Of a DNA stretch of 12,421 nucleotides, positions 6,390-12,421 are shown in pieces. Each line of letters begins with the position of its first letter. Positions within the stretch are counted from its first letter, which is position 1. The stretch is from Promethearchaeota archaeon (GTDB lineage: Archaea; Asgardarchaeota; Lokiarchaeia; Sigyniarchaeales; SOKP01), in NCBI GenBank assembly GCA_048938025.1, contig JBHLMP010000072.1:1-12421 (forward strand), written 5' to 3'. The translations under genes and the position numbers were made by a program. A model generated the notes under the pieces. It saw only the letters and a program-made list of their open reading frames with translations, searched no databases and had not been told where the DNA came from.

Positions 6390-7115
6390 TTAAATTTTCC
6401 TTAGGTGATAACAAAAAATAGGTATAAACAAGAAAAATTTTTCTGAATCAATACTAGTTCTCATTAAATCAATATTAAATTGTTTTGGATTTAAATTTTC
6501 TTCATAAAAATCAATTTCTTTATGTAAACTCACTTTATCTATGTTAGGTATCCAAGGGAGACTGGTACAAAAATGCTCTATTATTTTAAATTGATTTGTG
6601 AAATATTGGTTTAATTTTCTTCCGATAGCAGGATCTCCACCTAAATTTTTTATATTATACATTATCTCTTTTTTTAGATTACTATCGGGGTATTCAATTA
6701 ATCCTCCAAAGTCTGGTTCCCCTAAAATCAAAAATATACCATCTTTGGTTAAAATTCTATGAATTTCTGATAGGGCTTTTTTCAGATCTTTTATCCATAG
6801 GAAGGTAAAATAAGAAATAATAACATCAAACATCTTATTCTCAAAAGAATTATTTGTTATATCCATTACCATTAATTTTGCATTAATCATATTCTTTTCA
6901 AGGTTTACTTTAGCATATTCAATTTTTACAGAATCATTATCTATACCATACAATTTTAGGTCATACATTACCCCAATTTCTTTAAGTAATTCTCCAGTAA
7001 CGCATCCGACTTCTAATAAATTCTTTTTTTGAGCAAGGTTTGATTTGATATACAAATTATTGCGCAATTCAGCTGTCCATTTCAACTTTTCATCGAACTC
7101 AAACTCCCATTTCAT
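6390..7115 (-). CDS. Class I SAM-dependent methyltransferase
   Basis: Motif I LLEVGCVTG, post-I LYGID, motif II FENKMFDVII and motif III ALSEIHRILTKDGIFLI. Start placed at ATG 7115 with SD-like GTGAT at 7123-7127 (the track's start is GTG 7127). Confidence 0.88.
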   Translation of the reverse strand: MKWEFEFDEKLKWTAELRNNLYIKSNLAQKKNLLEVGCVTGELLKEIGVMYDLKLYGIDNDSVKIEYAKVNLEKNMINAKLMVMDITNNSFENKMFDVIISYFTFLWIKDLKKALSEIHRILTKDGIFLILGEPDFGGLIEYPDSNLKKEIMYNIKNLGGDPAIGRKLNQYFTNQFKIIEHFCTSLPWIPNIDKVSLHKEIDFYEENLNPKQFNIDLMRTSIDSEKFFLFIPIFCYHLRKI

Positions 7116-7362
7116 CAATATTATCACACTTTTCGTATTGTTAATTATTTAATACATTTTTATCAAGAGTATTTAGATTGTAAAAATTTCCTTACATTTA
7201 CCTGCGATATATTAATTTGAAGAAAACTAAACTTAAAAAATTAAGTAGTACGCCGTTTAAAAGTCAATTATGAATTATTTTAGTATTATTTTTAAACAAT
7301 CTATATTTCTAATTAAATTAAGTTGAATGTTTTAATAATAATTATTTTCTTATTCTAAAATT

Positions 7363-7773
7363 ATGTCGATAAATCAGATTTCAGTTTTTCTTCCTAATAA
7401 ACCGGGACAGCTTGCCGAATTTTTTGAGGTATTAATGGATAATCATATCTATATCAGATCTCTTACGGTGGCAGAAACAGAGGATTATGGTTTGCTTTTA
7501 CTTTTAGTTGATCAATTTGAAAAATGTACTAAACTATTAGAAGAAAGAGAACTCTTATATTCAGTTACTAAGGTGGTAGCTGTTAGACTTTCAGATAATA
7601 TTTCAGCCTTATATAAAATTGCTAAACTCTTTGGTTCAAATGATGTAAATATTGAATATCTTTATACGAGCATAATTGATGACCAACCCTTAATAATATT
7701 CAGATTAGATGACAATGAAAGTGGAATCGAAGTCCTTAAACAAAATGGTTATCAAGTGGTTGAGGAATTGTAA
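7363..7773 (+). CDS. Tandem ACT-domain protein (type often linked to aryl-CoA ligase genes), 136 aa
   Basis: QISVFLPNKPGQLAE...IRSLTVAETEDYGLL, and a second repeat 'LYKIAKLFGSNDVNIEYLY'. Confidence 0.88.
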   Translation: MSINQISVFLPNKPGQLAEFFEVLMDNHIYIRSLTVAETEDYGLLLLLVDQFEKCTKLLEERELLYSVTKVVAVRLSDNISALYKIAKLFGSNDVNIEYLYTSIIDDQPLIIFRLDDNESGIEVLKQNGYQVVEEL

Positions 7774-7787
7774 TAATTATTGTTTAT

Positions 7788-7798
7788 CCTTTTAAAAA
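7788..7798. terminator. Candidate bidirectional oligo-T terminator (CCTTTTAAAAA) between convergent genes
   Basis: Same 11-mer as 6357-6367, in the 26-bp gap between the ACT and oxidoreductase stops. Confidence 0.35.
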
Positions 7799-7799
7799 A

Positions 7800-10334
7800 T
7801 TAAAAAAGATCATCGTCTAGATCTTCATTATCTTTTGGAAATCTTCCAAATTCTTGCATAAACTGTTGAAGTAGCTCACTTTCTCTCTTTGTATACATTG
7901 GATCCTCGTAATAGTTAAAGAAACACGCATTTGAGTTTGTATTTAATTGTTCTTCTAAAATTTGCCGCAAATTAGGTGCTCCTTTTATAAGGATAATTTC
8001 TTGCTTCTCATTTAAAACTTGAATAGCACCTTCAGTTTCGGGTACTTTTTGTATATTTTCAGGTGTCAATTCTAACCATTTTCGAGGTGGAAGTATCACA
8101 GAAGATATTTCAAAACGTAAATCACATCTTAAACATCGATTAGCCTCTTCCATAGCTAATGTTTCATTAAAGCCAAGTTCAATTTCATTAAAACTATTTT
8201 GACGTTCTTCTAGTGATAAAAGGGGCATTTGAACCCGTGGTTTATCATAAAAATATTCATCACGTCCCAACCAGGGATTTAATACATCTGGTTTGATAAA
8301 AATATCTTCAATTTCACCATTACCTCCTAAATATTTATCAATTGAACAAGCAGCTTTTCGTCCCATCTCAATTGCATGCACTACCGAACTAGGGCTATTT
8401 ATAACCTCACCACCAGCAAAAATTCCGGGGATATTCGTTTCTAAAGTTTCTTCTTTAATTTGAATTAATCCTTCCGTGGAGATTTTAATTTTACTTTCAC
8501 TTCCCAAAATAGATAAGTCAGGGATTTGGCCTATAGCTAATATTACCATATCGGTTTCAATAGACTTTTTATTTGTTTCGTCAAAGATAGGATTAAATAA
8601 GTTATTGTCATCAAATACTGAATCGCAATGGATAAGCTCAACTTCAGACACTCTGCCATTTGTATCAGTAATTTTTTTTGGTCCCCATGAGCAATTTAGG
8701 ATGATACCTTCATCTATCGCTTTTTGAATTTCCCACTCATGGGCGGGCATCTCATCTCTACATTCTAAACAAGTTAATTGAACATTTTTAGCTCCTAATC
8801 GTTGAGCTGTTAAGGCTACATCTATAGCTACATTTCCACCCCCAATAACGATAACATTATCTGCTACTTTAAAATCTTCACCAGAATTGACTCTTTTAAG
8901 AAAATCAAGACCCCAGAGGATGTTTGCTAAATTTAAACCTTCTATATTAAGTTTTTTAGTATTTTGAGCACCGATGGCTAAAAAAGTAGCATTAAAGCCC
9001 TGTTCTTTCAAATCTTCAAGTGATAAATGTTCACCTATAACTTTATCAGTTTGAATATCAATTCCTATACTTAAAATATGTTCAAGGTCTTTCTCAAGAA
9101 CTGCTCGTGGTAATCGATATTCTGGAATCCCTACTCTCAACATACCTCCTATATAAGAATTAGCTTCAAAAACTGTGACAGAATGCCCAAACCTTTTTAA
9201 GTAATAAGCTGTTGTGAGTCCTGAAGGACCAGAACCTATCACTGCTACTTTTTTTCCCGTTGGAGGGCCAATAGTTATTTTTGAATTCCATAAATCACTA
9301 TCATGATCCATCGCAAATCGTTTTAAAGCACATATAGCAATAGGATCATTAATTTGATTTCGACGACACGCAATTTCACAATCGTGAAAGCAAACTCTTC
9401 CGAGAACCGAAGGAAAAGGCGTTTTTTCTCTTATGACTGCTACTGCTCCAGCAAAAGTTTTCTCTGAAACTAATCGAATGTAACGTGGCACATCGATTCC
9501 TAATGGGCAAGCATCTCTACAGGGGACAAGTAATTTTTCACGTTCAGTCCAAAGGATATCCTTATCCGTGAGTGCTCCTGTAGGACAAACCTCAATACAT
9601 GCTCCACAAAATTTACAACCAGATTCTTTAAGAGAAGGTGCAAGACTACCAACCACAGTCTCTCCATTAGAATAAATAAACCCTAAAGCTTCAACACCAC
9701 GTACATCACGGCATACTCTAACACATCTCGTACATCCAATACATAATTCATAATTTCGGATAAATAATGGTTCATTTTCTATAATATCACGTCCCTGGGG
9801 CTTGTATCGTGGAGTATCTTCTCGAATTCCAATGTATTCCGCCACTTTTTGTAACTCACATCGTCCTAATATAGGGCAACAACGTTCCTCTACTGGAACA
9901 TTAGGTGAACACGGTTCACGACTACAACCCTCACGCTGAGCACATATTAAGCATGCATGTGGATGTTTTGAGAGAATGCCTTTTAATTTCTCTTTACGTA
10001 GAGCTTCAATTTCGGGTGTATCAGTCAAGATTATCATACCCTCTTCAACAATGACACTACAGGAGGTTTGTAAATCCTCAATTCCTTCTATTTTTATCAC
10101 ACAAAGTTGGCATCCCTGATGTTCTTGAGTTGAATTGGTTGAATTTTCATTTTTAAATCTAGTTTTTCCTTGAAATATATATTCATTTGGCTTTAAACCT
10201 ACTAGAGGAGGTAAATCAGGATGAGCACAAAGAGTGGGTATGTATATTCCAGCATTTTGTGAGGCTTCTAAAATAGTAATTCCTTTCTTGACATCAATTT
10301 TTGTGTCATTAATAGTTATTGAGATTGTATCCAT
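7800..10334 (-). CDS. bzdV: BzdV-like multidomain Fe-S flavoprotein (NAD(P)H:ferredoxin oxidoreductase): [2Fe-2S], His/Cys [4Fe-4S], 2x[4Fe-4S], GltD-like FAD/NAD(P) module, C-terminal GIY-YIG-like domain
   Basis: Fe-S motifs IPTLC...GCQLC...TSC, HPHACLIC, CIGCTRCVRVC and CKFCGACIEVCP, PCRDACP, GRVCFHDCEIAC and EANRCLRC. Nucleotide-binding motifs VIGSGPSG and VIGGGNVA. Located after bzdQ and bzdM. ATG 10334 with GAGTG upstream is preferred over GTG 10343. The family call is firmer than the gene symbol. Confidence 0.8.
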   Translation of the reverse strand: MDTISITINDTKIDVKKGITILEASQNAGIYIPTLCAHPDLPPLVGLKPNEYIFQGKTRFKNENSTNSTQEHQGCQLCVIKIEGIEDLQTSCSVIVEEGMIILTDTPEIEALRKEKLKGILSKHPHACLICAQREGCSREPCSPNVPVEERCCPILGRCELQKVAEYIGIREDTPRYKPQGRDIIENEPLFIRNYELCIGCTRCVRVCRDVRGVEALGFIYSNGETVVGSLAPSLKESGCKFCGACIEVCPTGALTDKDILWTEREKLLVPCRDACPLGIDVPRYIRLVSEKTFAGAVAVIREKTPFPSVLGRVCFHDCEIACRRNQINDPIAICALKRFAMDHDSDLWNSKITIGPPTGKKVAVIGSGPSGLTTAYYLKRFGHSVTVFEANSYIGGMLRVGIPEYRLPRAVLEKDLEHILSIGIDIQTDKVIGEHLSLEDLKEQGFNATFLAIGAQNTKKLNIEGLNLANILWGLDFLKRVNSGEDFKVADNVIVIGGGNVAIDVALTAQRLGAKNVQLTCLECRDEMPAHEWEIQKAIDEGIILNCSWGPKKITDTNGRVSEVELIHCDSVFDDNNLFNPIFDETNKKSIETDMVILAIGQIPDLSILGSESKIKISTEGLIQIKEETLETNIPGIFAGGEVINSPSSVVHAIEMGRKAACSIDKYLGGNGEIEDIFIKPDVLNPWLGRDEYFYDKPRVQMPLLSLEERQNSFNEIELGFNETLAMEEANRCLRCDLRFEISSVILPPRKWLELTPENIQKVPETEGAIQVLNEKQEIILIKGAPNLRQILEEQLNTNSNACFFNYYEDPMYTKRESELLQQFMQEFGRFPKDNEDLDDDLF

Positions 10335-10428
10335 AATTAACACTCTTTATTTATAATTAATTATAGAATTAATTACTTTTCAATTGAAATATAGAGTTTA
10401 ATAGTGTAAATAAATAAATATTATTTTT

Positions 10429-10719
10429 TTACCAAGAATGAGATATTGCTTCCGGTTCACAAGCTTTTACACAGGGTAATTCTCTTGTTTCACCACTAGG
10501 TTTACAAGGAGCACATGAGTATTTAATTTTCTTACGATGACTTTCTGAAACAGTTGCTATTATTTCGTCATCTAATGGATCTAGTTCATTTTCACCCATT
10601 TCTAAGACACCAGCAGGGCATACTTCTACACATTTGCCACACGAGTTGCACAAATCAGTATCTATAGTTATAAAATATTCTCCACTTCCATCTTTATAAC
10701 CATAATTCGCCTTTGTCAT
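10429..10719 (-). CDS. bzdM: 2[4Fe-4S] ferredoxin associated with benzoyl-CoA reductase (BzdM-like), 96 aa
   Basis: CNSCGKCVEVCP and split second motif SCAPCKP...LPCVKAC, N-terminus ANYGYKDGSGEYFITID and C-terminus ISHSW. Directly follows bzdQ. Confidence 0.82.
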   Translation of the reverse strand: MTKANYGYKDGSGEYFITIDTDLCNSCGKCVEVCPAGVLEMGENELDPLDDEIIATVSESHRKKIKYSCAPCKPSGETRELPCVKACEPEAISHSW

Positions 10720-10773
10720 TTTTTTAAGACTTTAATTATTTTTCTTATAAATTTATTATTAATTAAAATTATT

Positions 10774-11661
10774 TTAAGCTTTGTTGCGTTCCTTTTCGAT
10801 AAGAGCTTTAGCAAATAAGGCGGCACCAATGGCTCCTGCAAGTTGTGGATCAATGTTAGGCTCAGGGGCTTTAAGTTTTAACTCATCTTCAATTCGTTTC
10901 ACAACTCCAATATTTTTAGCAATTCCACCTGTTATTGCAAATTTTTCTTCTATACCAAGCCGTAATAACAGAGTTACCACGCGATGTGCCATAGCTGAAC
11001 AATAAGCGGCTAACACTTTTTCTTTTGGCCAACCTTTTCTGAGTAAACCAACTGCTTCTGATTTTGCAAACACTACGCAGGTACTACTAACAGGTTCAGG
11101 TTCCTCATCAACTTCTAAAGACATTTTTCCTACATCATTTATATGCACTTGAAGTAAATCTGCAAAAACTTCCATCCCTCTCCCAGTTCCAGCAGCACAT
11201 TTGTCATTCATAAGAAATGCAGTAACTTTCCCACGTTGGTCACAACGTATTGCTTTACAATCCTGACCGCCCATATCTAATACAGTTCTTATATCAGGGC
11301 CATAAATGAAGTTAGCTCCCCTTGCATGGCAAGCAATTTCTGTGATTGCTCGTTTTGCGAATGGAACATTAACTCGACCATATCCAGTTCCAACAACATA
11401 TTGAATCTTATCTAAAGTTAAACCAGTATCCTCAAGTGCCCAATCCATAGCATTATTTGCGCTATCTGGACTATTACTACCAGTTCTCATGCTGCTATAA
11501 CAATAGATTTTACCATCTACCATTATTACAGCTTGAGTGCTGACTGATCCAACATCTACTCCTGCTGAGATAACATCAGCATCTTCCCATTTTAAGTCAG
11601 GGTTTGTATAACGAGATTCGGTCCATCTCCAATATTCCTTATCTGATTGTTCATCTGACAT
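10774..11661 (-). CDS. bzdQ: Benzoyl-CoA reductase, bzd-type, ATP-binding subunit Q (BcrA/BadF family), 295 aa
   Basis: N-terminal EYWRW extension, ASKHA motifs AGVDVGSVS, GTGYGR, EIACH, LDMGGQDCK, MNDKCAAGTG, SSTCVVFAKSE and TGGIAKN. Confidence 0.9.
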   Translation of the reverse strand: MSDEQSDKEYWRWTESRYTNPDLKWEDADVISAGVDVGSVSTQAVIMVDGKIYCYSSMRTGSNSPDSANNAMDWALEDTGLTLDKIQYVVGTGYGRVNVPFAKRAITEIACHARGANFIYGPDIRTVLDMGGQDCKAIRCDQRGKVTAFLMNDKCAAGTGRGMEVFADLLQVHINDVGKMSLEVDEEPEPVSSTCVVFAKSEAVGLLRKGWPKEKVLAAYCSAMAHRVVTLLLRLGIEEKFAITGGIAKNIGVVKRIEDELKLKAPEPNIDPQLAGAIGAALFAKALIEKERNKA

Positions 11662-11665
11662 GATT

Positions 11666-12421
11666 TTAACCTCTAATTTTATCTTGAGCGATAAGAGCTG
11701 CTCCTAACGCGCTAACATATTCTGGAGCTATACCATCTTTTGGTACTAAAAGTTCAAAACCTAAGTTCTTATTCATTGCATCTACAAAACCAATATTATT
11801 AGCAACACCGCCTATCAATGCAACATCTTGCTCAATACCTATTTGACGTACCATACTTGTATTTCTATCCGCAATAGCATCATGTACCGCTCGAATTATA
11901 TCTTCTTTAGATGTTTTTTGGTGAATCAATGAAACAACTTCAGATTCAGCAAAAATTGTACATTGAGCGTTCATAGGTATTTGTTTTGTTGACTTTAAAG
12001 AAAGTTCTCCCATTGTTTCGATATCTACTTCTAATGCTCTTGACATGGCTTCAATAAATGCACCAGCTCCAGCAGCGCATTTCTCATTGATTCCAAAATC
12101 CTTAACTTTTCCATTATCATCAATTTTTACAACTAATCCCTCTTCTGCTCCGATATCAATTATAGTTCGAGCTGATGGAAAAAGAAAAGACGTTCCACGA
12201 CCATCGCAAGTTATAGTTGTGACATTATCATTTGCAAAAGAAATCGCTTCCATTCCAGCTCCAGTAGCCGTAATATGTTTAACATCTTCACGTTCAATTC
12301 CTGCTTTTTCAAGAGCATTATTAAATGCTTGCTCTGCTGATTCGTCTTGATCAAATCCACTTAATACCGAAGCTGTTGATAAAATACTATTTTCTTTTAA
12401 AATAACAACCTTAGTATTTTT
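11666..12421 (-). CDS. bzdP: Benzoyl-CoA reductase, bzd-type, ATP-binding subunit P (BcrD/BadG family), 5' truncated by window edge
   Basis: The frame stays open from 12421 (KNTKVVILKENSILSTASVLSGFDQDESAEQAFNNALEKAGIEREDVKHITATGAGMEA...), so the track's Met 12253 is internal. Motifs IDIGAEEG, NEKCAAGAG, NAQCTIFAESE and IGGVANN. Lies 4 bp upstream of bzdQ. Confidence 0.85.
   Translation of the reverse strand, partial: KNTKVVILKENSILSTASVLSGFDQDESAEQAFNNALEKAGIEREDVKHITATGAGMEAISFANDNVTTITCDGRGTSFLFPSARTIIDIGAEEGLVVKIDDNGKVKDFGINEKCAAGAGAFIEAMSRALEVDIETMGELSLKSTKQIPMNAQCTIFAESEVVSLIHQKTSKEDIIRAVHDAIADRNTSMVRQIGIEQDVALIGGVANNIGFVDAMNKNLGFELLVPKDGIAPEYVSALGAALIAQDKIRG

Noticed and set aside
7179-7196. 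TyrR-box match (TGTAAA-N6-TTTACA, one mismatch)
   Set aside because: TyrR is a proteobacterial regulator and such a match is easy to obtain in AT-rich DNA. Kept only as a generic palindrome.
8476-8727. 83 aa plus-strand ORF
   Set aside because: Inside the oxidoreductase on the opposite strand.
10352-10365. Perfect palindrome TATAATTAATTATA
   Set aside because: A/T-only sequence in a nearly all-AT spacer, so not distinguishable from background.
10781-11005. 74 aa plus-strand ORF
   Set aside because: Antisense to bzdQ.
12045-12350. 101 aa plus-strand ORF
   Set aside because: Antisense to bzdP, whose frame is open through this span.
10774-12421. 2-hydroxyacyl-CoA dehydratase activator (HgdC-type) call
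   Set aside because: Two distinct tandem ASKHA subunits, the EYWRW extension, the GAEE motif and the following BzdM-like ferredoxin fit benzoyl-CoA reductase better.
1-12421. CRISPR array, tRNA/rRNA, IS elements, selenocysteine read-through
   Set aside because: No repeat-spacer periodicity, structured GC-rich RNA or transposase was seen, and the TGA stops end apparently complete proteins.

Overview
AT-rich, gene-dense prokaryotic window, most likely from an Asgard archaeon (Lokiarchaeia-like). The host call is an inference from a eukaryote-type UBC E2, a ubiquitin-like precursor, a 7TM plus Cys8 zinc-finger protein and GGTG/GTGA-type ribosome-binding sites. There are three blocks. (1) 1-3571 is a ubiquitin-like conjugation neighbourhood: the 3' end of a ThiF/E1-like enzyme, a UBC E2 with an active-site insertion and a SIM-like tail, a convergent Ubl precursor ending GG-YLY, a divergent coupled pair (153 aa unknown plus a clan CD caspase/gingipain/CHAT-like Cys peptidase that also ends in YLY), and a convergent 7TM protein with a C4C4 RING-like finger. 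(2) 3720-7773 is mixed: small membrane protein, putative B12-binding radical SAM enzyme, Zn-ribbon/coiled-coil protein, class I methyltransferase and tandem-ACT protein. (3) 7800-12421 is the distal part of a bzd-type class I benzoyl-CoA reductase cluster (bzdP partial, bzdQ, bzdM-like ferredoxin, bzdV-like Fe-S flavoprotein). No RNA genes, CRISPR arrays or mobile elements were recognised. All family calls come from reading motifs by eye, without database searches.
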